The notes under the pieces were generated by a model. It saw nothing but the letters and a program-made list of their open reading frames with translations, did no database searches and was not told the DNA's origin. A stretch of DNA of 64,000 bases. Origin: Octopus sinensis. Its lineage: Eukaryota. The position numbers and the translations under genes are program-made. Each line of letters opens with the position of its first letter. The stretch's first letter is position 1. Shown here piece after piece: positions 38,495 through 51,156 of this stretch. Location of the stretch: positions 114,638,001-114,702,000 of the forward strand of contig NC_042999.1 of the NCBI RefSeq assembly GCF_006345805.1. Reading direction: 5' to 3'.

Positions 38495-39069
38495 GGTATT
38501 TTGTCTGTCTTTACGTTCTGAGTTTAAATTCTGCCGAGGCCGACTTTGCCTTTCAACCTTTCGGACTCAATGAAATAAGTACCAGTTAAACATTGGGGTC
38601 GATGTAATCATCCCCTGTCCCAAATTTTCAGGCCTTGAGCTTATAGTAGAAAGAATTATTAACATAATTATAAAATGCATTATGTGGCCGAATCAAATTG
38701 CCTGGGAAAGTCAACTTTATTTTTCAGCTTTCCAAAGTCAATCAAATAATTACCAGTAATATCCTGGGTTCAATTTCAATCGATTATATCTTCTTTGTCA
38801 CAGAAATTGCTTTGAGCTAAATCAGAAGATATCCGTATTGTTATATTTGATCTATGTTTGTCAATGAACAGAAGGGAATTTTACACAGCTTGCTCAAGTC
38901 ACGAGTCTTTTTTGGGGAGACAATTGAAGCTATTCTATTCATTCGCTTTCCTAACATTCTTGAGAAAAGCTAAAACCTAACAACATTGTATTTTGTCATT
39001 TCATTTAACCCATCTGAAGTCCTAGATATGCCACCGGTAAAGAATGTCGTTAATACTTTTCTAGAATCA

Positions 39070-39610
39070 TTTTACAACAAAATTAGTGGTTAACAGCTTT
39101 TGATAGTACAAGTTCACTTATTTTTCTTGCTACAAATTCAAAATTTACTGAAGAATTTTGCACCGAAATCTTTGAAGATTATTTTAAACAATTATTTCGC
39201 TGAATGTGGTCTTTAATTTTTCTTAGGTGTCATTTTATTCATTTTAGTTTTATTAAATGAGATATTCTGGAATTATACATAATCCTTATGAACTTCTCAG
39301 CAGAGTGCGTTCCAGGAAGCAATATCGATATTGTGATAACTGTAAAGTTAAATTTGCAATGAGCTCTACGATGATATAGTGATTATTCTAAAGATAAATT
39401 TTCAATGAAATCTATCTCAAAATTGTGACCTGGATTCATGTAGTGATCTTCAAATCTATATTTAATATTCAGCATCAATATTTTGACTTTTTAACGCTAA
39501 GTACCCTGAGACTAAATACAGATGTTATTGTTTGACTGCTTGCAAGTTCCTTCAGTTATTCTTCCTCTAAAAGTTGTCTAACAACACACATATCTGAATG
39601 TGAGGGAATT
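39070..39610 (+). mobile_element. Possible highly decayed Penelope-like reverse transcriptase
   Basis: Ordered fragments TAFDSTS (SFDVxSL), LYDDIVII (YxDD), FDFLTL (xFLDL) and HTYLN. Very weak. Confidence 0.25.
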
Positions 39611-40925
39611 ATTTTCTTTCAGCTCTAAATCCTGTCAAACACTAAATGTTTTGGTTATCGGTTCCAGTGTAATTTGTTAATAAAGATCGCAAATATTAAT
39701 AAGTTCAAATTTACTAATATTTACAAATTTATAAATTTATTTCACTGAATGATGTTTTTATCTAATCAGTATAATACTTCTTATCTGATATTACAAATCC
39801 TAGCTAAACTTTTTGACCACAATGTCTTACTTATATATTTATATGACTCAGTGGCTAACTTTATAATTAAAGTAAATACTTTCGAGTATTCTGGGAATGA
39901 ACGAAGTTTCATGTATTTTTGAGGTAAATACATATGCGAAGGTTGCATGGGATTGAATTAAAAAGCACATAATACAACACTTTTGATTCTCCTTGTTTAC
40001 ATATCGTATCCACATCTACGCTAAGTTTAGAATACATAACTGAGTTATTTTCTTGTTGTATTTCTTATAAATGTATCATCTTATCTAACATCTGAAATAT
40101 AGATAAACTATGCAGATACCATTTTTTCTCTACGTAAAAGATGTCTTCACAATATTCCGATTTTGTATTATTGATGAATAACTTGCCAAAATGTTGGTAT
40201 ATTTTCTCGCCATGTTAAGAACGCAACCAACTTGAAGGAATAAGCATATTTTGCTTCCATATGGGATTTTGAGATTGCATAGTTAGAATGTTTCGGTCTT
40301 AAGTTACATTTGTTCTTTAATTTTCGTTGTAGTTTTGTTAAACGTGCAAGATTAACACAATGCCTTTTTTTTTCAGTATCTCTGTGAATTGTGAAAATGA
40401 AGGACGACGTTATTTTCAGGTCGAACACCAGTCCCTCCGAAAGGCTTCCAAACAGTTTCTGTGTACTAAAGTTCAATCAGAGAATTTTGTTGACACAAGA
40501 GTAAGGTAGAAAATGATTACACAAGATGACGCATAGAGGGATCAAACGCAAAGCAACATGATTACAAAGCGAAAATTTTAATCACATAGATATGCTGTTC
40601 CTGGACATTCCTGGTTCATAACTTAATTTTGATTAATTGGATGAATGCATAGACCTTACAAGGATATCACTGACATGAACGCGCACGCAAATATGCGTAT
40701 GTCTATGTAGATATACGTAAAAATACTTATACTCGTACTTCCCTCTCTGACTTCTTGAAAGTTTCCGGTATATACTCATTCGCATAAATATAGCACATAT
40801 AGCTGAATGAAATGTCGGGAACAAACAGCGGTGGTTAATTATTCAGAATATCTAGGATACATAGATTCTTCGCACACATACACATAATACATACATACAT
40901 ATATGTCTTCGTTTTTCTATAATTT

Positions 40926-41078
<153 letters not shown>

Positions 41079-41524
41079 CAGATATCTTTGATAATCATTG
41101 CAGTCTAGTGAAGAACGGAGTATTTCGCATTTGAAAAATGACGTCAGAGAACGAAACGACAGCTACTTCAAGTATGCGCAAAGCTGCTCCGAGGCACCTC
41201 AAAAGGTAAACCCGTCACTAAGTCTTCAAAATACTCAAACACTATCAAGCAAGGATATCTAATCACGGCTTTACGAGGGAAATCATAAAATAAGCAATGG
41301 CAACGTTAAAGCAGAACGTACCGTTGTTATCTTTATTCTCTACGTTACAGATTGACCCCAAAATAATTTTAAAATGAACGATACTTAAGCTTAATGTTGA
41401 CATTATTAACCCACATCTCATACTCTCGAAATCGCAAGCATTCACACACACACACACACGCACACACATACACACACACACACACAACACACACACGCAC
41501 GCATATGATGGTTTGAAAAACACA

Positions 41525-41985
41525 TATAACTACCATCGACATCAGCATAGCTTTTGACGCTCTTCCTCTCTAGCCAACCATACAAAAAACAGTTCAAGAA
41601 ACGAACACAAACTGCAGACTAACAAACTACCAGCCAAGCTGCCAAGCCTTTGTAGTGTCCAAAAGCAGCATCTCTAGAACCTGTAATTTGCCGAATAGAA
41701 TCAGACTCTTTTCAACCTATCCATACTCGGCCTTCACGTACACCTACAAAATTATAGCTTCATACACAGATGACATCACACTCGCAGCTCTCCACCATTT
41801 CCCATTTACTGCTATACAACCACTCCAACCTTACTTGAATTATCTTAAAACCTAGCAATTGATTTCCAGTAGCACCTACTAAACCCAGCACCAGAGAACA
41901 ACGAATGCAACCAACCAGCACGCTGAATAACATAAATAACCCAATTGTCATGGATTCTACTTTGCCCAGCATTGCCTTGACCACT
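41525..41985 (+). mobile_element. LINE reverse transcriptase remnant (I/Jockey-like)
   Basis: TIDISIAFDALP (DxxKAFD) followed by IIASYTDDITLAA...LQPYLNYL (YADD). Confidence 0.7.
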
Positions 41986-42211
41986 AGCAGAATCTACAGC
42001 AATAGGCAGGGTACGGAAGCGAGTGCAATGTTCCTAAACTGTCTCGCTGCACATTGCACAATTCATCACCAGATGTCAGTGTGTGCACTTTAGGTTTCGC
42101 TTGGTGGAGACGAAGTATAACAAATGGGTTCGTGTCTCAGTGTTCGGTTAACTACCGGCGTACCATAGAGTAAGTGTGATCAGGACTGGTGTGGGATTAT
42201 ATAATAATAAC

Positions 42212-42250
<39 letters not shown>

Positions 42251-42259
42251 TAGGCGCAA

Positions 42260-42492
42260 TGTTTGGTTGCCAGCCACATCGTATGGATTCAGTCCCACTG
42301 TGTAACGCCTTGGGCTGACCAAAGCCTTGTGAGTGGATTTGATAAACGGAAACTGAGAGAAACTTGTATACGTATACGTGTATGTGTGTGTGTGTTGTGT
42401 GTTGTGTGTGTGTGTTGTGTGTGTGTGTTCCTGCTTGCGCTTGTCCCTCAACATCGCTTGACAAGTGATGGTGTGATTACGTACCCGTAACA
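42260..42492 (+). mobile_element. SINE family B, partial
   Basis: GATTCAGTCCCACTG...CCAAAGCCTTGTGAGTGGATTTGATAAACGGAAACTGA...CAACATCGCTTGACAA. Confidence 0.8.
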
Positions 42493-42724
42493 CACAACTT
42501 TCTTTCTTTCTCTCTCTCTCTCTCGCACACACACACACGAATATGAGTTGGCCATCCATCCATCCATCCATCTTGTAGTCTATTTTCCAGTATCAATTGA
42601 AATCCATGCCAAGGTGTGGACAGAGTCCGATTTGTTTGTGGTTTTTCTGCAAAAGAGACGTCCACCAATCTTTACGTTATTTTATTTATTTATTTATTAT
42701 TATTTCTAATTATTTGTTTATTTA

Positions 42725-42765
<41 letters not shown>

Positions 42766-43656
42766 TGTTTCTTTGTTCACCCTTTTTTCTACGTTTTTTA
42801 TTTATTTTAAACCTCGTCCTTTTTACACCACTAACAACCCCATCTTTGCTTCTTTTATTTTACGTATTCCCTTCTCTCTCTCCTTCTCATCCTTTTTATT
42901 TTATTTATTTATTTGTTTATTTATTTATTTTTTGCTACTACGTCTTGACGCCACCCGAAATTTAGAAACAGCTGGTAATTGTTATGAATCTATTTTGTTG
43001 TTGCTGGTTACTATTGTTGTTCTTGCTATTATTGTCACTCATTTTTCTTCTTCATGTTTTTTTGTTATTGTTGTTGCTGTTGTTTCTTTGATTTTTTTCA
43101 TTCGTTTGTTTGTTTAATCATACCTTCTTTTCTCCTTTCTTTTCTTTTTTTTCTAGCTTTTCAACACCTCGGAATAAAGCAAGGTTTGTTTAAATGATAA
43201 ACTGCTCAAAACACTCAAAATAATTATTGTGCTATGTTCTACGCGGCGGTGTTGTCTTCGACGTCGTCGTTTTTGTTATTATTGTTGCTGTTGTGATATG
43301 TTTATTCTGCATTGTTGTTGTTTTCCTTTTGTTATTGCGACTATTTTGTTATTTTCGTTTCATACCATGGTTTTTTTTTCTTCCATTTATACTTTTGTTT
43401 TTATATTTATTTGTCTTTGCTAGTCGTTTGTGGAGTGTTACTGCTCTGGGAGAGATTGATCATTTTAAACATCATCGCCATTTTAAGTTTTTGTCACACA
43501 GATACGCACACACACACGCAAACACACACATACACACGCATTCAGTCACTCTTAATTCTTCCTCTCCCTCTCCCTTTCTTTCTCTTCCCCATCTCTCTTC
43601 TCCAGTTCTCTTTAATCTATTTCTCTCCGTCACTCGCTCATTGACTCACTTTCACC

Positions 43657-43710
<54 letters not shown>

Positions 43711-44589
43711 TTTCTTATATTTATTAAATGCCTTTCGATCTCTTGTAACTCTTCCAGTTTCCCTTTTAACTCTTTCAATCTCCTTCTCCCCCTCTCCTTC
43801 CCTCTCTCTTCCCCTCCTCTCATTTTTTGCATGTGTATACGCGTGGGCATGCACTTCATTCTCTGCTAGTCTAGCCGAGTGTGTGTTCTACGGTTGCAAA
43901 ACTGTGTCAATGACAACAACCACAACAACTATCACCTCCACCACTCACTACAACACTGTCGACCCAACAAAGTGGTCACTATATGGCCGCTTGACCTGTT
44001 AGAAACGATTGCCAAGTTTCCTTCAAATCGCATTCCCACTTTCTAAAGAAGAAAAAAATGAGAAAGGATAAGTTCGCTAATGTGATTTTGAGCTCTCTGC
44101 ACTTTGAGAAAAAACGGTGTAGTCACGTTTGGAAAGCCTTTTATCATAGACCTGTTCAATCAGGGTTAGCCTAGAGCTCCACAACAAGAACAGTACAGCA
44201 AGCAACACTGTTACAACACTGAGGACCGCTACTTCACCACTACACCAACAACCATAATATCCCCCCCTCTTCCCCCGCATCATCATCATCGTCGTCGTTG
44301 TCATTATTACAACCAATACTATTATTCCACACCTATATTTAACAACACTACCACCAATACCACTACTGTTACAAAATTCCTCCTCCTCCTCCTCCTCCTC
44401 CTCCTCATCATCATCATCGTTTTCATCATCGCAGCATGATGATCTCCACCATATGCACCACAACCATCATTACCTCCATCGTCAACAATACCGTTACTAT
44501 AGTTTATGGTTATATCCAATATTACCGCACTCACACCACAGTCAATACTACTGCTGTTAAGAACAGTTTCTCATATAGTCATGAAATCG

Positions 44590-44750
44590 TAAATTTTAGG
44601 GTGATGGAGGTGGAGACATGCAGTACTCGACTTGTACTTCATTTTATCGAGCTCACGAGGGCGGAAGATAAAGTTGACCTTAGTAGGATTTGAACTCAAA
44701 ACATAACAACCAGAAGAAATACGATAGTTATTTTGTTCAACGTCCTAACA
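44590..44750 (-). mobile_element. SINE family A, old copy
   Basis: GTACTTCATTTTATCGAGCTC...AAAGTTGACCTTAGTAGGATTTGAACTCA. Confidence 0.6.
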
Positions 44751-45418
44751 ACATTAACATCACTATTGCCACTTTCACCAACGCCACCACCGCTATCATC
44801 AACAACACCGCCGCCACTATCATCGCCATTAACACAAATAGCGTCAATACCATCACCGGTTTATATTATACAACTATACACACAACTCCTGCTTATTCTA
44901 CCCGTCAATCTATTTGATTATTGTTTGCTTAGTTTGTGTGTGTGTGTGTGTGTGTGTGCGTGTGTGTGTGTGTGTGTGTGTTGTGTGTGTGTGTGTGTGT
45001 GTGCGTACATGTGAGTGTGTGCGTATGTGTATGTGAGTGTGAATGTGTGTATATATGTGAATGCGTGTGTATATGCGTTTCAATAGTGATTTGTTTAACA
45101 AGCATGTTTGTATAGGGTTAATGCAAGAGAATAAGGAGGGAGAGAGAGAGAGGGTGACTTAGAGAGTGTGGGAGGGGAAAGAAAGGAGGCGAGAATGAAG
45201 GAGAGTGAGCTGGAGAGAGGCAGTGAAAGACAGAGTTTGGGAAAGGAGAGGAAACGAAAGAGAAGGAAAGTGTTAGCAATGAGACAAAGGTACATATAGC
45301 GTAATTAGTACAGTTTGGTGGTGGTGATGGTACCGATACTGGTGGTGGTGGTGTTGACAATGGCCGTAATGGTAGTAGTAGTAGTAGTTGTAGAAATATA
45401 TGTATATATATGTATATG

Positions 45419-45502
<84 letters not shown>

Positions 45503-45552
45503 CGCACACACACACACACCACACACACATATATATATATATGTATATATAT

Positions 45553-45807
45553 AAATAAAGTTAATCCAAACAAGAAACCACAAAAAACACAACAACGCGA
45601 GGACGTGGAACAAATATAGTATTATTGGACGTTCAGGAAAGAAGGAAAGAAGGAGGGTTTAACGGTTCGAGCGGAGCTCTTCGTCGGAAACATAGGAGAA
45701 GGAAAGATCCAGAGAAGGAAAGATCCAGAGAAGGAAAGATCCAGAGAAGGGAAGACAGAGGTAAAAAAATCGCCAACGGCACACACGAGGTCACATTTTG
45801 AAAGCAA
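45553..45807 (-). mobile_element. Penelope pLTR-like element between (TA)n tracts, with a minimal hammerhead-like motif and a 16-bp x3 tandem repeat
   Basis: Minus 45691-45657 reads GTTT-CCGACGA-A-GAGC(tcc)GCTC-GAAC-CGTTA-AAC. GAGAAGGAAAGATCCA occurs three times at 45696-45743. Confidence 0.55.
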
Positions 45808-45852
45808 ATATATATATATATATAATATGCATATATAAATATAATACACACA

Positions 45853-46243
45853 CCCTTATTGATTTGGACGGATCGTTGTCAATCATGGCCTGGACCTCAC
45901 CAGCAAATTCAAGAGTTCTTTTCTTATCAGAACGATCAGAATGAGTTTTCCGAGCTGCCGTACTTTCGTAATCACCATTAGACTCATCCAACTCTTTCTG
46001 AATCCTCTGCACTGTCCTCAGACCGATACCCAAACACTGTGAAATGTTCGTATTGGAGCCTCCGGCGCGAATGCCAAGCACTACAGCATGTCGTTTCCAA
46101 ATTTCTGGCAGAGTGAATTGCGTCGTTATGCTGTTTACGGCACCCGACTGACCCTACTGTACTGTGTAGTCGACAAAATCAAAAATAAACAATGCGCAAA
46201 CACGAGATTAAATATATATAAACAATTTACCCATCGCAACCTG
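45853..46243 (-). mobile_element. Tc1/mariner-superfamily (maT-like) 5' end fragment
   Basis: Minus-strand end TA|CAGGTTGCGATGGGTAAATTG; double-HTH ORF ISQCLGIGLRTVQRIQKEL...VQAMIDNDPSKSIR, then truncated. Confidence 0.75.
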
Positions 46244-46546
46244 TATATTGCTTGAATGTTGGTAACGTTATGCTGGTATTGTCTATTTAGTCCAGGGTAA
46301 GTCCTTTCAGTCCAGCTGTGACCATCCCGGCTTTTATTTCTATTAGACCCGTACACCCAATTTCACAGCAACTACGGCATCTTTCTTTTCTTGGACGCTG
46401 TTTTGTAATAAGAGGGTGGCGATGTCGAAGCACGCTGTGGTAGTTGCAATGATGGTGGTAGTGATTTGGGTAGTGGTGATGCTGATGGTGGTTAACAGTG
46501 CTAGTACTGGAGGTGATGTTAAAGTTGATGAAGGTATAAATTGATA

Positions 46547-46601
<55 letters not shown>

Positions 46602-46644
46602 ACACATGTATATATATATATCAGTTGATTGTGAATCAAATTAT

Positions 46645-46750
46645 AATGTCTGAGAAAGTGAATAAAGTCTAAATTTCTTACATAAAATTGCATAGCTTTA
46701 CATGTGATATGAAATAAATGGCGTTCGTTCACCGAAACATGCGTAACATT
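46645..46750 (+). ncRNA. Type I hammerhead-like motif with long stem II insertion (mutated core)
   Basis: Stem I AATGT/ACATT is perfect; core CTGAGAA; stem II GTGAA...TTCAC; GAAA; stem III AC-atgc-GT; cleavage triplet GTA. Confidence 0.5.
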
Positions 46751-46857
46751 GATTTGACTTCTTTTGTCCTCGATTAAAACTATTATCACTTATATATATA
46801 TATATATATATGGATGCTAACATCATATTCTCTCTGTAATATATTGCAAACAAAGTG

Positions 46858-46954
46858 TTCACCTGATGATCCGTTCTGGTTAAGAATCTAATTGTATTTG
46901 GAACATCAAGTCCTGAGGCTCCATACGACCACAACGGTGAAACGTACGCATGAA
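46858..46954 (+). ncRNA. Type I hammerhead-like motif with long stem II
   Basis: TTCAC-CTGATGA-tCCGTTcTGGT...ACCAcAACGGt-GAAA-CGTACG-C-ATGAA. Core intact; U16.1 missing. Confidence 0.5.
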
Positions 46955-47589
46955 GTAAATGATAATTAAACTTATGTTTATCATAATTTCTCCTACATTT
47001 ACTTTGTATACGAGTAATACTACTAAGTATAGTAGTAACCAAATCACTATACTGATGTAGACAGGAAGATAATAGTCTACGCGAAGCTCTAAACTCCATA
47101 CTAGCAGTCGTGCTTCTAACTGTACATACAAGTTATATTAATATATATCTTGTGTGTGCGCTCGCGCATGTGTGTGTGTGTGTGTTGGGCTATGGTAGTG
47201 ATGATTGATACGTAAGTAATTGAGAATGCAATCATTGTCTCAATGAGTGATTTTTGCCATCAGTAATGTAAGCCTTCAACATAACAATAATCATTGAGTG
47301 AACATATCATGGACGATGAGTTTCTACTTGCTGTCTGACCACATGTTATTCAAATAGTTAAACCCTCGGCAGTTTTTGGACAGCGGCCGTTATTAAACAT
47401 TTTCCTCCTACAGTCGCTTCTTTTTTAACGGCTAATACTGGCTTCAATGCTATCTTTGTTTTTTGCTTCTTTTTTTTTTTTTGTTGTTCTCGTTACGTTT
47501 AATTATTATTGGTTATGATAGTTGTTAATATTGGTGGCAACGATTTTGATTGTCGCAGCCGATTTTGTTGGCGATGTTCATAGTTTGTT

Positions 47590-47649
<60 letters not shown>

Positions 47650-47802
47650 GAGCGCGAGCGTGCGTGTGTGTGAATTTTTCTAGGCTTGACTTCGCGAGCG
47701 AAGATTTATGAAAGGGGATGCTCACTTCTGTTCCAAATTTGTTGATAATCGACGACTCCAATTCGGGACAGGCAAGCACGGCCGCCGCGGCTGCATGGGA
47801 CG

Positions 47803-47858
47803 CAAACACACCAGCATCAGTTGTCAAGCGATGTTGGGGAGAGAAACACAGACACACA

Positions 47859-47895
<37 letters not shown>

Positions 47896-48082
47896 GAGGG
47901 GCTTCTTTCAGATCCACTCACAAGGCTTTGGTCGGCCAGAGTGTACCAGATCCACTCATAAGGCTTTGGTCGGCCAGAGGCTATAGTAGAAGACACTTGC
48001 CGAAGGTGTCACGTAGTGGGACTGAAACCGGAATCATGTGGTTGGTAAGCAAGCTACTTACTACACAGCCACTCCTGCGCCT
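47803..48082 (-). mobile_element. SINE family B with an internal 33-bp duplication
   Basis: Head ACTACACAGCCACTCCTGCGCC. CAGATCCACTCAYAAGGCTTTGGTCGGCCAGAG at 47909-47941 and 47947-47979. Confidence 0.88.
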
Positions 48083-48560
48083 ATATATGTGGTTCAAATG
48101 TACAGAAAACAAAAGGGCGAGAGAGAGAGAAAGAGGTGGTACTAATACATTGACATATAAACAGCTTTCTATCTCTTTATATCTTTTTGTCTTTGTTTCT
48201 ACTTATCGATCTCCTCTATTTATGTACACACATTATACACGCACCTTAGGACTCCCAAACCTGACGGAGCCGTTGGGTCACTGTCGTGATATACGGTATG
48301 TCACACGTATTGTTAGACGTGTCAAAACCATCCCTCACCAGACGCAGTTGTGATCCATTCTTAACGTTTGTTTAGTTCACGTAGACATACAAAAATAACA
48401 CCGACTACCTGTTGAGTTGTTGTGCACTCCCAGGGATAAATTGAAATTATACTGCCTAGATTCATGCTTGTTTATTACAGATGTGCATGTGTGTGTATAA
48501 GAGAAAAAGAAAGGGAAATAGATTAGATTGGATTAAATAGATAGATAGATAGACTGAAAG

Positions 48561-48603
<43 letters not shown>

Positions 48604-49684
48604 CATCATGAGCAAACGTACAGGGTTAAGTTGCATATTTATTGGTCACTGACATTATTGATCTTATAGGCCTTGTGCCTATGATAGAAAGGATTATTGA
48701 TCATATTTCAGTAACAATAAAACGTACCCCTCATTGACAAAGCTACACCTATCGATAAACACGATCCTTTATTCCAATCGGCTTTGTCGCCGTTATTGCT
48801 ACAAATTCTGCCGCTTAGACCATTTAAATTTCCATTCCAATCCCGTTAAAGTCAAAATCAATAGGAGTTCAAACCAAGCTTTTATTTCAATAGAGTTTCA
48901 TACACAATAAGGTTAACAGAAACTAGTAATGGGAAGTGTTTTCGCGCCAGTAGCCCTCAGCTCTGTTGTGTAATACTATAATTATGTAACACTTATATTA
49001 CGCAACACATCTGTTGAACAATATGTCCGCCGCTTGTATACTTTCGTAATGCAGAGTTTTATAGCGCACGGCTTTTGTTATATAATGATTTCGTTACATA
49101 ATAGTATTTACACAATAAAACCATGTGTCGGAATGATTGTTCCAACGGACTTGATTAATAATTCTGTTTCAGAAATGGTTTGGTTTTATTGCTTAGTGTT
49201 GTGCGCTGTGCGTTATGTGAGTAACGTAGTGTTGCCTAATGTAAGATATCAAATAGCTTGATAGTTGATAGTAGAGTGGGCTTTCGAAAATAAATCTAGA
49301 TCGAATGATGGTTAAAGGTAAAAGAGTTGACGTTCGCAAAAAGAGTAAAACCATAAATAGAATCGGAAATTGTATCGGAATCGCAAAAAAGAAAAGAAAA
49401 TATACTAAAAGCGAAAACGGTGATGCAAGGTTACTATTGTGTCATGGGGTGTAGTGTGACAGTTTTTATTGTCGATGAAGGCAATGACGATGATTGTGAT
49501 AGTGGTGGTGGTCGTGGTCGTCGTCATCGTCGTGATGATGATTATTATTAGACTTAATTTCATAGTGTTTAGTTATCTCGTTCATTTTGGATATATGAAA
49601 GACTAGACCTACAATTTCAGTCAAAATGTAAGTAAGCAAAAGTATAAATTCAGATAGTACATTTCGGGGTGTAACAGATAGAAT

Positions 49685-49992
49685 GATAATGATGAGGATG
49701 ATGATAAAGAAGAAGAAGAAGAAGAAGAAGAAGAAGAAGACGAATGAGGAGAAGGAGGAGGAAGAAGAAGAAGAAGAAGAAGACGAAGGAGGAGGAGGAG
49801 GAGAAGGAGGAGGAGGAGGAAGAAGAAGAAGAAGTAAAAGAAGAAGAAAAAGAAAAAGAAGAAGAAGAAGAAGAAGAAGAAGAAGAAGAAGAAGAAGAAG
49901 AAGAAGAAGAAGAAAAAGAAAAAGAAGAAGAAGAAGAAGAAGAAGAAGAAGAAGAAGAAGAAGAAGAAGAAGAAGAAGAAGAAGAAGAAGAA
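49685..49992. repeat. Long (GAA)n/(GGA)n polypurine tract
   Basis: Seen directly; source of the poly-E/R/K/L/F ORFs. Confidence 0.95.
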
Positions 49993-50343
49993 TTTTGATC
50001 TTATACACAGAAAAACGAGAGAGGTCAAATTATATGAAATTTGTACGATTTGAGGAAAGACCATAATAGCTGAACTGATTTTAAAGAAAATCTCCACAAA
50101 ATAAAAGAAAGGTGTTTGAGATGAGCGTTTACGATACACAGCTGTGATATAGCTGTATCGATTTATTTGTATCAACCAGTCAGAACTTACTCACGTAAAA
50201 CGATTTTTTGTTATCACTCAATGTTTACTCACCTAAGTCGAATTTTTATCAAACCCCAACCTCACCTCATCCATTTGTCATCTGCCTAGCTCTATTAAAT
50301 TGGAGTGATTATATAATAGCTTACTCATACATAGTACTTGTGC

Positions 50344-50379
<36 letters not shown>

Positions 50380-50510
50380 GTGTGTGTGTGTATTTAGAGA
50401 CATATACGTACGTACGTTTATACACACATATATGTATGTATACATTATATATATATTAATATATTATATATATATATATATATATATGCAGTCAACACAC
50501 ACACATATAT

Positions 50511-50745
50511 CTTTTACTTGTATCAGTCATCAGTCTGCAGCCACGCTGGGCCGTCGCCTTGAAAAATTTTAGTCGAACGTGTCCCCTTTAGTACTTTCCT
50601 TTCAGTCTGCTACTCATTCTATCGGTCTCTATTGCCGAACTGCTAAGTTACGGGGACGTCAACACATCTTTCAGTTGCCGTCTACCAAATCCACTCACAA
50701 GAGTTTGGTCGACCCGAAGCTATAGTAGAAGTCATTTGCCAAAAG
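50511..50745 (-). mobile_element. SINE family B with an internal deletion
   Basis: CTTTTACTTGTATCAGTCAT...GCTAAGTTACGGGGACGT...TACCAAATCCACTCACAAG. Confidence 0.8.
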
Positions 50746-50799
50746 TGGGAGCTCTGACTTGTAACTTGGAGCTTCATGTTGCCAATTATTCAAACAAAT

Positions 50800-50950
50800 G
50801 ACGTTAACAATACCTGAGCAAAAACATTTACAAATGCCGTGTAAGAAAGTTCATATAAGATTTATTGAATCTAGTATTGCTATCTCCTGGAACGTAGCAG
50901 AAAAAATAGCACTACTGGGATCTGTCCATCCTTATAATCTGCTAGTGTTC
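50800..50950 (+). mobile_element. C-terminal remnant of an RLE-type non-LTR element (R4/Dong-like)
   Basis: AEKIALLGSVH resembles the QKxALLGTAHIL C-terminal motif of R4/Dong ORFs. Confidence 0.4.
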
Positions 50951-51156
50951 TTACAGAAATTTTTCAGTATCAACTCCAAATGCACCAATGGCACAAAACA
51001 GGATAAGCCTATATTTTAGGTATCAAAATGTTCATACATAAACAGCTGGGTCGGTCTAATTTCTCATCCTTTCACTTCATTCGTACATATCACATGCATT
51101 TGGTCTAATTATACTGATAATTTGTACTCTGCTATCATTTTAGTCATGGACAATGC

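Noticed and set aside
37521-38655. CRISPR-like or satellite array
   Set aside because: Units are about 200-bp SINEs also dispersed through the window. The context is eukaryotic with no cas genes.
40168-40476. 102-aa minus-strand ORF with non-repetitive sequence
   Set aside because: No recognisable domain or clear splice signals; probably chance or old transposon sequence.
42590-42620. Minus-strand GMDFN resembling the end of Mnx exon 1
   Set aside because: It is followed by TGA, not a GT donor, and has no Mnx-like upstream frame.
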